Source of the DNA: Vicugna vicugna
Lineage: Eukaryota
DNA length: 64,000 nt
Assembly: GCA_013265495.1 (NCBI GenBank)
Contig: MU058221.1
Span: 4,652,001 to 4,716,000 of the forward strand
Reading direction: 5' to 3'
This document shows positions 39,134 to 51,496 of the stretch, in pieces (position 1 is the first letter of the stretch; every line of letters begins with the position of its first letter). The position numbers were made by a program, and so were the translations under genes. The notes beneath the pieces are model-generated. The model was not told the origin of the DNA. It made no database searches and was given only the letters and a program-made list of their open reading frames with translations.

Positions 39134-41158
39134 TTAGGTCCAGAACCTTCTGCTGCAACTCAAAACTCCAGGGTCTCACACCCGCTCATCTTCTATCAAA
39201 ATGAAAAACGATCTTCCCTACTGAGAAGGCAGGCATCCACCACCACCCCAAACCTCAGCTGCAGTTTTACAATTCTACAGAGCAGTGAACCATGGACAAC
39301 TACACCCAGCAACATGAGTGAATCACAAAGCTAACACTGAACAAAGGGGTCTAGAGCAGGTCCACCAGCATCTTCATAGAAGTAATCAGAGTCCTCGAGT
39401 TATTTAAATACTACTTCAGAATGCTAAGTGGAAACCATAACTGTACGGGAAAATGATTGCCAAGGCTAATTAAGCGATCAGTTGTCTCACTGGTGGTCAG
39501 AATTAGATCAAGCCGGTAGAAAAACACTGATTAGGCAGTAATCAAAAGCTGAGGTTGACAGTTACGGCTCTGGTTAACTTAAAATGGGTAACGAAATAAT
39601 TATCACCTATAAATGCAATCGGGTTGCAAGAGGTGGCCTTCCGAACATAGGTTTAGTTTGGTTTATTTGCTCATCTCAGTGGGAAGAGTTGTTGGTGATC
39701 AAAGGGGTCCTGGATGATGGGGACCACTGACCTATGCAAGCCATCTGGTCCCACAAGGTCCAAACAACCTACCAAAGGGCTTCTACACAGTTTCCAACTG
39801 GGAGACAGGGCAAGGAGCTGAAATGTTATTATTAAACCCATGGGCACCTGACTCATTGTCAACTATCAGGAGACCATCATATTAAACAAATGCATTCCCA
39901 CTGGGGAGCAAGGGGGTGTTTCTTTCGGGTTTGGTTTTGGTTTGTTTTTACCCAAATACAGTTGATCTCCCTAACGTTCCATCCTACCTCAACATATCCG
40001 CACTTCTCTTGAGAAACAAAGTCTATCCCTGGTGCACATTCTCCTCTCCAGCCACGCGCCTCCTGCCTCTAGGGAGGCGGGGAGAGCCTCGGCGTGTCCG
40101 CAGCCCAGAGCGCCTCAGGAACACAGCGCAGCTCCCGAGCAATCCCCCTTGCGCCAGGAATAGCTCGATGAGGTCACCCTCTCTTTGTTGTGTAGTTAGG
40201 ACGATGAATAAAATCACGGATAAAGGTGGGCGCGGCCCCAGAAGCTGCGAAGGGGACCCCTGAACTCGGACACCCAGCAACCCCGGGCGCACAGCCTAGG
40301 ATCACTTTCCCCAGAGCCAGGGATCCATAGAGATACGACCCACCAATGCAAATTCACAAAATTCAACTTCCACTGCGCTCAGAAGAGGGGGACTTCAGAC
40401 GGCAGAAAATTCCGAGCCTAAGAAAATTGATCAGGAAAAGTTAACACTCGTCTGGAAAGAGATCCAGCCTCGGAGACGCGAGACCTGCCAGGTTTCTGCT
40501 CGGCTTCTACTCCTATAGGGCTGGGTGGACGGACCCAGCAGGTCACTGGGCCTCTCTCACCTCAGCTCCCCTCACCCCGAAACGCTGATGTCAACGTCTA
40601 AAGGAGCGTCTTGAGGCTGTCAGACCTGGTCACTCCGCGAATGCGCTCTGTGACCTGGCGCACAAGGTCCATCTCTGGGCTTCGGTTTCCCAAGTCAAAC
40701 AAGGAAAATGGCTTTAGCGCCCCTCAAATACTCAGGCACTGAATAGACGAAGGTTAAATCAAGCAGCTGCAGGAAGCTCTTATTTCGATAAGCGCAGGAG
40801 AAAAGAAACGCTAGGGCAGAGCGAGCAGAACAAACTTGCAAAGTAAACGTGCCCAAGTTCCGGCCCCACTCAGTCCCCGTGGGTTCGCCCCCCGAATGCC
40901 CGGGAAGACCCCTCCCGGGGACCCTCCGGCTGGCAGGCGGCGAGGGCTGGGGGACGGGGTCCCGCGTGGCCGGAGGGCTGCGCCCCGCCCGGAAGGGGGA
41001 CCTGAGGGCGCGGCGCGACGAGCGAGCGAGAAAGCGCCGCCGTGCGGGGAAGCCCGGCCCGCAGAGTCGGCTCGGGGTCCGAGTGCGCGGGGCTCGGCGG
41101 GGCTGGGAAGGTGCCACCACCGCGCCCGGAGGTGCCAGGAGGCAGCCGCGCGCCTTAC

Positions 41159-41236
41159 CCGGGCGGGAGCTCGCCGCTGGGGGGAGGGGGGTGGGCGGGG
41201 CGCCGCGCGCAGGGGCTGCGCCCCCGGGCAGGAGGC
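41159..41236 (-). pseudogene. TRABD2A: 3' part of TRABD2A exon 1; the start codon region falls in the assembly gap
   Basis: LLPGGAAPARGAP and GELPP followed by a gtaagg donor, vs recalled human LLPTGAASRRGAP..CELKPQ; lies inside a CpG island. Confidence 0.7.
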
Positions 41237-41427
41237 NNNNNNNNNNNNNNNNNNNNNNNNNNNNNNNNNNNNNNNNNNNNNNNNNNNNNNNNNNNNNNNN
41301 NNNNNNNNNNNNNNNNNNNNNNNNNNNNNNNNNNNNNNNNNNNNNNNNNNNNNNNNNNNNNNNNNNNNNNNNNNNNNNNNNNNNNNNNNNNNNNNNNNNN
41401 NNNNNNNNNNNNNNNNNNNNNNNNNNN
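41237..41427. other. Assembly gap (191 N) over the 5' part of TRABD2A exon 1
   Basis: Run of N within the CpG island. Confidence 1.
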
Positions 41428-42304
41428 GCCCCCGCCCCACCCCTCCGCCGCCCGTCGGCGTCGCGCGGACGCGGCCGCGGGAGCCAGAACAAGGGTTCCC
41501 CGGAGAAACTCTGCCCGGCCCGCCGGCCACCTCGTCCGTGAACAGGCCACAGTAGAAAAGTGAGGCTCCGGACTGGCTTCTAAATTCAACCGAAAATCGT
41601 GCTGGCTCCTGCCCTCACGTCTGCGATCAAGCTGCCAATTCTAAGCGTGGCTCACAATGGAAAGAAATAAGCCAAAGAAACAAATGAAAGTCTCTTTTTA
41701 ACGTCAAGTTCATTAAAACAAAGAGGATCGCACGTAAGTTTAGTCTGTAAAAGAGGAGACTAGTCTGCATTCACTTAAAATCCGGAACCATAAAAGCTGG
41801 CACTCCATTGAGTGCCCTCTTAAGGGATTTGAGGGAATAATAGGAGGATATTAACACCGAACTCGACGGATTACTGCAAAGTTGAAATGAGGACACTTAG
41901 GAAAAGCACCTCGTGAGATGCACATAGTAGGTCTGCAAAATGTAGCCACTCTCTTTCCCTTCAAACTCCCATAGCAGTGTCCCTTCAGGAAGAAAAAAAA
42001 TTATAAAAGCAACTAGATGTGCCGGCCTCCCCCACCTCCCACCCGAGGCCTGGGTGCACTCTGCCACCTCCCTTTACAGCCAGACTCGTGCATGATTAAC
42101 TTATGAGTGGAGTTTAACGGAGCATTCGCGGGCTAGGTATCAATTAAGCCCCTGTCCATTGCGATAACATAAAAGGAAACTTCGGAGGATCTCCTGGAGA
42201 GTGGGAGAAGGGGACAGCCTAGATTTGCACACAATGGAAGGAGGAGTTTTCTGAGCCTCTGGTGCCCATTCGCCATACTTCCAGTTAAGAATCCTAGGTT
42301 TTTA

Positions 42305-42600
42305 CCAGAAAGAGACTCACGGACAAAGAAAACAAACTATGGTTACTAAAGGAGAAAGGGAGGGGTGGGGAGGGATAAATTAGGAGTTTGGGATTAACAG
42401 ATACGCACTATTATATATAAAATAGATTTTAAAAAAAAGGTCCTAATGTATAGCACAGGGAACTATATTCAATATCTTATAATGGACTACAATGAAAAAG
42501 AATCTGAAATTATATATATATATATATATATGAATCGCTTTGCTGTACACCTAATGCTAACCTTGTAAATCAATAAAACGTAATATTAAAAGAAGAAAGA
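42305..42600 (+). mobile_element. L1 3' end
   Basis: agggataaattaggagtttgggattaacagatac...tatagcacagggaactatattcaatatct. Confidence 0.87.
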
Positions 42601-43913
42601 AAGAGACCCAGGCCTTTAAAAGGCAAGTTTTTCAAGCTGTGATTCCACGGAGGTTTAGACAGCCTGTCCGGGTTTTCAAAGAGCCAGCGCTGCCACCTAC
42701 TGGCAAAAAACGTTCTCTCTGAGACGCAAGCATCAAGAACTCAGAAGGAAGTCATTATTTCCTACTCTTCCCACCCCGACCCCAACTCAGATGATTTCTC
42801 ATCCAATCAGCTGCGGCTAGAGGGAAGAAGGGGAGGCACACTGCGTCAGAAAACGTAACTGAGCTCGGTAATTCTCTCTCATTATTGGCCTCTTTTCTAT
42901 TCTGTTGATTCCTGCTTGTACCTTTATTACTTCCTTCCTTCTACTTCCTCTGGATTTACTTTGCGCTTCTTCTTCTAACGTCTTATGGTGGAACCTTAGA
43001 CCATTGACTTTTCAACTTTATTCTTTTCTAATACAGATCGTTACAGCTACAAATTTCCTTTGAAGCACTGCTTTAGCTGCATCACACAGATTTGGAAAAG
43101 TTTTCTTTTCATTTTCACTCTGTTGAGAATACTTTCAAATTTCCCTGATGACTTTTTTTTTACCATGGATAGTTTAGTAGCATGTTGCTGAATTTTCAAG
43201 TTACCGATATTTCCTAGATATTAGGTTTTAATTGATTTCTAATCTAACTCTATTGTAATCACAGAACATATGCTATATAATTTCAATCATTTTAAATTTA
43301 CTGAGATTTGTTTTTATGGTCCAGGATATGGTCAGACTCTGAGTTTGAAATGTCTAGTATATGGATAACTTGGTTTGGTTCTAATATTTTTAAGGTGGAG
43401 CTTCCTGCCTTAGTCAGACCCATCATGAAGCAGGATTTATTCTGTAAGACATTCAGTGTCCAGACATTCAATAGAATCGCATCTACCCCACATGCATGGT
43501 CTCCACAGACATTCCTGAGGCCCTATCATGTCAGGGTGCTGCCCCAGACCTGGTGACAGGCAGGTGGGGACAGCCTGGTCCTCACTTGCCTTCTAAAGAC
43601 ATCTAGGCTGAAGGTCTTCCTTGCTTCCCATTTGTAGTCGGGAAGGAGATGCTAAATGTTCCTGTAGCCTCCTCTCTACCGGTCCACAGAGTTTCCATAT
43701 CTGGTTCAACTCCCTCACTTGAATATTGTTCTTGGTCTGTATCTCTCACATCCTACTGCCAGAGACCTGGATGTTTTTAAACCTTTGCTTGCTCCTTTCT
43801 GTTTCTCATCCAAGTACCATTGATACCCCCAGTATCCCTCCTTATGTCCACGTACTCTTAATTTCTTCCTCTGTGCGCCTACCAATGGCTTGCTGAATTT
43901 ATACCAACCCGTG

Positions 43914-44125
43914 ATTAACATATACACACAACTATAAATAAAATAGGTAAACAACAAGGACCTACTGTGTAACACAGGGGACCATATTCAATATCTTGTA
44001 ATAACCTATAATGGAAAAGAATCTGGAAAAGAATATATATGTATATGTATAATTGCATCACTTTGTGTACACCTGAAACGAACACAACATTGTAAATAAA
44101 CTAAACTTCAGTTTTTAAAAAAAAG
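43914..44125 (+). mobile_element. Short L1 3' end
   Basis: Same 3' UTR motifs with an A-tail. Confidence 0.85.
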
Positions 44126-44129
44126 CTAC

Positions 44130-44519
44130 TGTTATGGGCTGAACTATGTCCCCCCAAAAGTCATGTTGAAGCCCATGAGCCTGGACCAGGATGCGACTGT
44201 ATTTGAAGAGAGGGTCTTTGAAGAGGTGACTGCATTCAAATGAGGCTGTTCTGGCAGGCCCTGGTCCAGTCTGACTGCTGACTTAAGAAGAATGGGACAT
44301 TTCCACACACGACAGAGACACCAGGAGCACTCAGGCTTGGGAGGATGACCAGGTGGGAACATAGGAAGAAGGTGCCAAACCAAGGAGAGGGGCCTCAGGA
44401 GAAACTAAATCTGCCCACACTTTAATTTTGGGTTTCTCGCCTCCAGAACTTGAGAAAATTAGCTTCTGTGGTGAGCCACCCAGTCTGTGGTATTTTGTGA
44501 TGGCAGCCCTGGCGAATAT
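44130..44519 (+). mobile_element. MLT1-type MaLR solo LTR
   Basis: tgttatgggctgaactatgtccccccaaaa...gccacccagtctgtggtattttgtgatggcagccct. Confidence 0.87.
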
Positions 44520-47352
44520 GGATGGTCGGTCAGAATTACGCTCACTTCCTGAAAACACTCACTCGGAGCAGAGCCCTGCTGCCTTGACCCTTCCCCCAAA
44601 TCACCTCCAACACAAGCCAAATCCTGTAACAAGCCCTCCCGTCACCCTCTTACTGAGACGCCCCACGGTTCCCGCCGTACGAGCTCTTCCTCGCTGCCAA
44701 GAGCGATAAATCCAACTAATTCAGCTTCAGGTGTGTCTCTGGTGGTCTTTGCCTGAAGGCCATTGATAATTGCACGCCTGCTGGGGGCCCCTTTGGCCAG
44801 CTCCCCAGGCCACCCCTTGTGCTTCCTCAGGTCCTGCGTCAGGCCTGGCATGGGGAGAAGTTCTCCTGTCATTGGCACATTTCCCTCCTCCTCCCCGCGT
44901 CCTCGTCTCCCACCCCTGTCCCCTCCACATCTGCCTGGGTGGCACAGCACTTTTCTCCTGGAAGCCTGGTACCACGTTGGTGCCTACAGGCATGATTCCT
45001 GACAGCAGGGGCTGAAGGATATGCCGGGATGAACAAGGCCTCCCAGGAGAGCGCAGGAGAAGCTGTGAATGGCCACTGCCCAGCTAACTTGAGGCACTGG
45101 CTTCCTGTGTGGAATGTTCAAGCAGGGGAAAGAGCTGAACTGCTGGACACTGGAGATAATTTTTTTTTCCAAGAGGGGAGGAAAGTCAGAGAGACTAAAG
45201 ACAAGAAAACTAGAGAAGGCAGTTAGGGGAGGAAGAAAGCAGAGGTGTTGGCCAGGAAATTTTTGTGATGTTTTATTGTTCATTAGTTAACAAAAATTTG
45301 GGGAAAATTTAAATTACACATCAATCTTTCAGAGGTGGGTTTGGGGCCTCTGACAGTGCAGCATTTGGCTTCAAGGAGGCCTGGGGAGGAGAGAAGGCTT
45401 CCGAAGGGGCACCAGTCACACACACGTGACAGCAGAGTCTAAACGTGTCCTTTTTACTATGAATCTAAAGTAAACAAAACTACGAACTTTTTTTTAAAGG
45501 TTTAAAACCACAAGTTACTGATTGTTCTCTAGAACCTTTCAAAAGCTCCAACTTGCTACCCAGCCTATGTTTGGTGTGCGTTATATGTTGTCCCCGATGG
45601 TTCCTGCACCCCTCCCAGAAACCGCTTCATTCATTTCTTCAACACACTTAGTAAATCCGTGAGCACTTCCACGCCGAGTGAGGGGTTTAGAGTGAAAACT
45701 GACAGACAGGACACCTGGCCCATCAGAGCTCGCGATCAAGTGCTGCTCTCATCCCCAGATGAACATCAGACTCACCCCGGGAACTTTCAGAACTACCGAA
45801 GCCCAGGCCCCTCCCCTGGTGAGTTAACTCAGAACCTCTGGGGGCTGTGGCACCAGCATCAGTATTTTAAAAGCAGCCCTGGTGATGCTTTGTGCAGCCA
45901 AGAGACAGAAAATTACAAGGTGGTAGGATGGGTGTGGAGGTCCATGGCCACCTGTAACCAAGCCTGCCCTTCCAAGGGAGGGTTTCCCAGGGGAACGTCA
46001 TTTCACCAGAGACCTGCAAGTTGGGTAGGAGTTGGCAGCAGAACAGCATTCCAGGCAGAGGGAACAGCGCAGGCAAAGGCCTGGAGGCGTGAATGAGAGC
46101 CAGCTACGGTCAAGGAATTCAGCCTGGTGGGCACATCGATCAGAGCACGTGATACTGAGACAGGAAGATAAGCAGGCACCAGTAGGTGAAGGGCCTGCGC
46201 TGGGCGGAGGGGTTGGCCCTCCGTCCTCGAGGCAGGAGGCTCAGAGGCACAGCTGAGCACCCAGGGTTCCAAGCAGAGGGGTTGGGCAATCGAATGTGTG
46301 CTTTAGAAAGATCACTGGGGCTACAGCAGGGAGGGGGAACTGGAAGGAGCAAGAGTGGAAGTGGTAAGACCAATTAGGGGAGAGGATGGGGACCGGCAGG
46401 GCTCTGGCAGGGATAAGGAGAAGTGACAGGAAGGAAGTGAAACCCACTGCACTTGGTGGTGGGCTGGACGTGGGAGGGAGAAAGAAGAAGAAATCCCCGG
46501 AACTGGCACCCAGAAAGGCCCTGCAGACCACACCCTCTAGCCTGTGCTTCCAGGAGCCGCAACCCGCCAGCTGGAAGGTTCTTCAGTGGTCCTTCACGCG
46601 GCAAGAGCAGCGGGGAACGGGGGCTGTCTCTCGCTTTCTCCATGCTCAGGAACACCAGCTTCTTCTAGATCCCCCTGAACTCCTTTCCCCCAGCAGCCCC
46701 GTGAAGTCTGTCGAGCTCCTTAGTGGAGTCTCACTGCCTCAGGCAGTTTCCCTTTGGTCCAAAAACTGTGAAAAAGCCGGATGGACCGGGAGTCCCATCC
46801 CATCTCTGCCGCTTCTCATCCATGTGACCTTTGGCAAATCAAGTAATCTGGGGAAACCTGAGCTCAGTGACCTTTAGCTTCTTCCTCTGCAAAATGGAAA
46901 TAATCATACTTGTCCTGCAAAAAAGATGGGCACCAGAGTCACAGATAAGGAGCCAAAGCAAAACAGATAAAACTGAAAATAGATGATACACTAGAAAAGC
47001 TCATACTTTTTCAAAAAAAAAAAAACAGAAAGGGAGAAAGGACAGAAGCCTAGTTAGAATGTCCACAAAGATCATACAGAGGCTAAAGAAAGAAAGAGAA
47101 TGAAGGAGGGAGAAGTGGAGGGAGGGAAGAAAGAGCAAAAAAATACAGTTATCGACAGATAAATGAGAAGCTCCTCACTAACTAATCCAACAAAAGCAAA
47201 TTACTTCTGGCAAAGGATGGTGGTGACGGTTGCCCAACAGTAAGAATGCACTTAATTTTAAGGAACTGTACATCCCAAAATGATTAAAATGGTAAGTTTT
47301 GTTATGTATTATTTTACCACAATTTAAAAAAATAGAGCATTCCTTTAAAGCA

Positions 47353-47698
47353 GGGGGAGTAGGTACAGCTCAGTGGCAGAGTGTGTGCTTAGCATGCACA
47401 AGGTCCTGGGTTCAATCCCCAAGACCAGCATTTTAAAATAATAATAATAAACACATAAATAATAATAAATACATAAATAAACCTAATTACCTCCCTTCCA
47501 AAACAAAAAAAACAAGCAAAACAGGTATTCCTTTAAGAAAGCAAAATAAAGGGAGGGGTATAGCACAGCGTTAGAGCGCATGCTTAGCATGCATGAGGTC
47601 CTGGGTTCAATCCCCAGTACCTCCACTAAGAATAAATAAATAAACCTAATTACCTCCTAATCCTCCCTAAAAAAAAAAAAAAAAAAAACCCAAAAAAA
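47353..47698 (+). mobile_element. Two head-to-tail vic-1-like SINEs (~47353-47520 and ~47551-47698)
   Basis: Two tRNA-like heads, each with an aaataaacctaattacctcc tail. Confidence 0.9.
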
Positions 47699-48056
47699 NN
47701 NNNNNNNNNNNNNNNNNNNNNNNNNNNNNNNNNNNNNNNNNNNNNNNNNNNNNNNNNNNNNNNNNNNNNNNNNNNNNNNNNNNNNNNNNNNNNNNNNNNN
47801 NNNNNNNNNNNNNNNNNNNNNNNNNNNNNNNNNNNNNNNNNNNNNNNNNNNNNNNNNNNNNNNNNNNNNNNNNNNNNNNNNNNNNNNNNNNNNNNNNNNN
47901 NNNNNNNNNNNNNNNNNNNNNNNNNNNNNNNNNNNNNNNNNNNNNNNNNNNNNNNNNNNNNNNNNNNNNNNNNNNNNNNNNNNNNNNNNNNNNNNNNNNN
48001 NNNNNNNNNNNNNNNNNNNNNNNNNNNNNNNNNNNNNNNNNNNNNNNNNNNNNNNN
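47699..48056. other. Assembly gap (358 N) after a SINE poly(A) tail
   Basis: Run of N. Confidence 1.
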
Positions 48057-49589
48057 ATTGGTGACTTCTCGGGAGGGGGGGACTTCCATTTTTACTCCCT
48101 GGGCTTCTGTATTGCTGATTTTTTTTTCCTTTTTTTTTTACACCGAGCAGAATTTTTTATCATTTATTTAATTTTATTTTAAACACTCCAAAACCTGACA
48201 GTCTGCACATCCTTCTGGCAGCTCCAACACCCTCCGCAACAGGGCCTACCTGCTGCCTTCACGATCAGAAATGACCCTGTAGGGAATCGTGCAGGGAGGA
48301 ACATCAGTGCTGAGAAGACGGCCGAGATTAGCATTCCTGTGACTCGGACTTGTTTGTTAGGAGCAGTGGCCCGGAGTGGCCAGTCCTTTCCAAGAGAGGC
48401 GACATCTCTCTGCTGTCGCCTGCTGTGACCCCCACCTAAGACCCCACCAGCCTTCAGGACGCTGCCCTGGCGTCTGGCAGCTGATACTTTTATGACGAGG
48501 AAGGAGGCCTCTCAAACCCCGCTTTTTTCATTCCTTGCTGCTGCCAGAACTGTGGGCTCTTCTTACAACCAACACAGGGCCCCACCGCACAGACTAATGT
48601 CAGTAGCCTCGGTGAGGGAGACTCTCAGCCTGATCCCCCTAACCTGTAGGCCACCCTTTCTAGGGGCTCAGAGATCTGCTTTCCATCTTCCTAAGGGCCC
48701 CGTGGAACTTCCTTGTGGCCCAGAATCCCAGCCCAAGAGTCAGCTTCTCTTCAAGGGAGTACAGACATGCTTAGTCCTAGGACGGGTGTACATCTACAGA
48801 GAAAAATATGTTTTATGATCTCCCAGAAATGAGGCACCAATAAAATTCTTTGTTTCTAGTTGGTCCTTGTAATCATACACATACAACTTGTTAATATTAC
48901 GTTTTAGGCTTCATACTTGATTTTTATTTTTTTACAAAATAACTGCATGGACATGCCCATCTCTCAGTGTCCCCACGTGTCAAGGACCACCCTGCCCTCG
49001 ATCCGGGGAGCAGAGCACAGCATACTGGCTTAAGTCACTGGCCCAAGGTCACTGCATCTAGTAAATGTTAGATTCAAACTCACACATTCTAACTTCAGAA
49101 CTCAAACTTTCACCTACTTCAGTCTACCTCCTCTCATTGCCAGCTAACATTTTCTTTAAGAAGATGTATTTATTTGTATCTTCAGATACGACAGTTTTTG
49201 AAACACACACAAGAGAAGGAGGTGAGTCCAGGAACCTATGTGCACGTATCACCCAGCTCTGGAAGGACATATTCACATCTCCAGAACCAGCGTTCCATGG
49301 GACAGCTGGGGAACCAGAGACCCAGGTCAATGTGAATCGCTCCTCCAGAACTCGTGCAGAAGAACCAAGGCGATGGCAAACCAGCTGGTGCCCAGGAGAG
49401 CGCAGACCAGACCCAGAGAAGAAGCAGAAGGTTGTGAGAGAGAGAGCACGGGGGTCACGCATGCTGGGGGGCAGTGAGGGGGGTGGGGAACTCAGTTCCT
49501 GGGAGGCTGCTGGCAGCCATCAAGTTCCAGCCTGAAGACACTCAGGGTTACCCTGAGTCCCCCGGATGGACACTGTGGGCACCACCCAG

Positions 49590-49885
49590 ACCCCCCTTCA
49601 AGGGAGGGCTTGCTGTCCCAGCTGGCTGGGGGCACCATCAGCAGAGAAGTGGCAGTGTTATCTCAGCCGCAAGAGGCACCTCCAATAGCCATCTCAGCCC
49701 TTTGGGGACAACTCTAGCTCCTGAGGCCCCCTGGGGTATCAGAGGACTAAGGCTGTCACAGCTGGACTTCTCTGCCCAGTCGCACTTTCTTCCTCCCCTT
49801 CGACAGCAGTTCGTCCTAGGGCACCCTTAATAAACGCCCTGCATATGAAACATCACAGAGGCTGTTTCCCTGGAAACCCAACATG
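49590..49885 (+). mobile_element. Old ERVL-type LTR (LTR16-like), 3' part
   Basis: tctgcccagtc...cttaataaac...ctgtttccctggaaacccaac. Confidence 0.55.
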
Positions 49886-50674
49886 CCACACGACCTTTCT
49901 CTAAAAAGCATTACTAGCAGAGGTACCCAGAGAGTCACCATATGGGGGCCATGATGATGACAACAGCCTATTCACAGAGAACATACAGACCTCGGGACAA
50001 GTGAGAGACAAAGTAAACAGGAGAGACTTTTGCATTGTGTGTGTCCAGGGAATCTGCAACACATATTTGGAGGAAAAAATGCAGCTTTCTTCATTTCCCT
50101 GGGAGTGCTTGGGAGCCCATCCCAGCAGATGCGGTGTGAGGGAGCCAATGAAACGCAACTCAGTCTCCCAGCTCGAAGCCATCTCCTAGGGCTTCATTCA
50201 GCCACCCACCAACCCCGCAGGGGAAAATGCTCCGGGTGTGGGGGGTCCTTCTCTTTTCCACCTCCCCGAGGGGGTCCAAGGCCCAGAAGCTCACCTGCCC
50301 CCACCCCCAAGCTGCTGGTGTAACTCAGGGCCTGTTTCCTTGGCTGACCCTCTGACTTTGCAGATTACCCGAGATCTGACTGTCACTTTTCTTAAATCTC
50401 TGGCTTGGGCAGCTTTCCCGGGGGCCCTCATCACAGGGCCAGTTCACCCCTGCCGTGGTGACACCATCTCCTCTGCAAATGTATCAGCAAAAAATTCCTC
50501 AGGGAACTTCCATATTTCTCCCCGAGGCCTTGGTTGGGTACTTGGACCTCTTAAACTCAGTGAGCAGGCCCTGCAAGTCATGGGGAACTGAGGGCTTTCT
50601 CAGGCCAGGCTGTTTGATTTCTGTGATGACTTTTTTGATGTGTCAATTTGGCTAGACTATTGTCCTATCTATTT

Positions 50675-50798
50675 TATATATATACATATATATACACATA
50701 TACATACATATACATACATATTCACAATATACATATACACACATATATATACACGCACATATATATACATATGCACATACATATACATGCACATACAT
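50675..50798. repeat. Compound (TA/CA)n low-complexity tract
   Basis: Alternating purine-pyrimidine tract after an MLT2-like stub. Confidence 0.9.
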
Positions 50799-51442
50799 AA
50801 GTCAGGTAGTATGATAAATGTTATGAAAAATAATCAGGCTAGGTGAGGCTCTGGATATGCAGTGAGGGACATTTAGTACAGAGCCTAGCACATAGCATTG
50901 GGTAACATCACTGTCACCCAAGCCAGCTGGACACCACTCTCTCCATCACCCACCACGTCACATCCACCACTGCTTATTTTCTGCGGTGAATCACTCTCAA
51001 ACTCTCCAGGTTTTCATCCCCACCCCGACTCTGTGAGTCTGACCCTCCCAGAGGCCCCACCATCCCTGTGTAGAAAAAGGACCTTGTCCTGTAACGTGTC
51101 CAGAAACCTCTTTGCAAGAATTTGTATTCATCTTGGGAGCCTTTACTGGGCAGCGTGGAATGATAAAATAGAGCAAAACTGAGACTCACTCAGGAAATAC
51201 TCCAGAGAACGAATTCGCACAGTGTGGGAAAATTATAATAATGAACCAAAGTAGCTGAACCGCTCCCCTTCGTGTAAGACATCTCACTTACAAAATTCTT
51301 TCAGATACTTGAGCTCACTGACCTTCATGACAGCTCAATTACTATCTTCATTTCTCAGATGAGGAACTGAAGCTTGGAGAAGGGGAGTGACTGTCCAAAG
51401 GCCCAGGGCAGCAGGTAGTGGTCCCAGCACTGGGACCCAGGG

Positions 51443-51496
51443 TTAGGGTTAGGGTTAGGGTTAGGGTTAGGGTGAGGGTTAGGGTTAGGGTTAGGG
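51443..51496 (+). repeat. Short interstitial telomeric sequence (TTAGGG)9 with one TGAGGG variant
   Basis: Read directly; embedded in a MIR-like element. Confidence 0.97.

Larger units (their letters stand above)
12675..41236 (-). pseudogene. TRABD2A: TRABD2A (TIKI1, Wnt-cleaving TraB-family metalloprotease) disrupted locus, probable unitary pseudogene
   Basis: Syntenic position between DNAH6 and TMSB10 on the opposite strand; four exon remnants match the human protein as I recall it; frameshifts in two exons, a stop in the ancestral frame, and exons 2, 4 and 6 not found. Confidence 0.85.
40050..41560. promoter_or_regulatory. CpG island / TRABD2A promoter region
   Basis: Very high GC and CpG density and GC boxes around the exon 1 remnant. 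Confidence 0.8.

Noticed and set aside
40695..41589. Long overlapping ORFs of 144-265 aa
   Set aside because: Artefacts of the GC-rich CpG island and of reading through the N gap; only the short exon 1 remnant is recognisable.
51443..51496. Ancestral chromosome fusion site
   Set aside because: The tract is short and in a single orientation, with no head-to-head TTAGGG/CCCTAA junction or subtelomeric sequence, and gene order on both sides is the conserved one.
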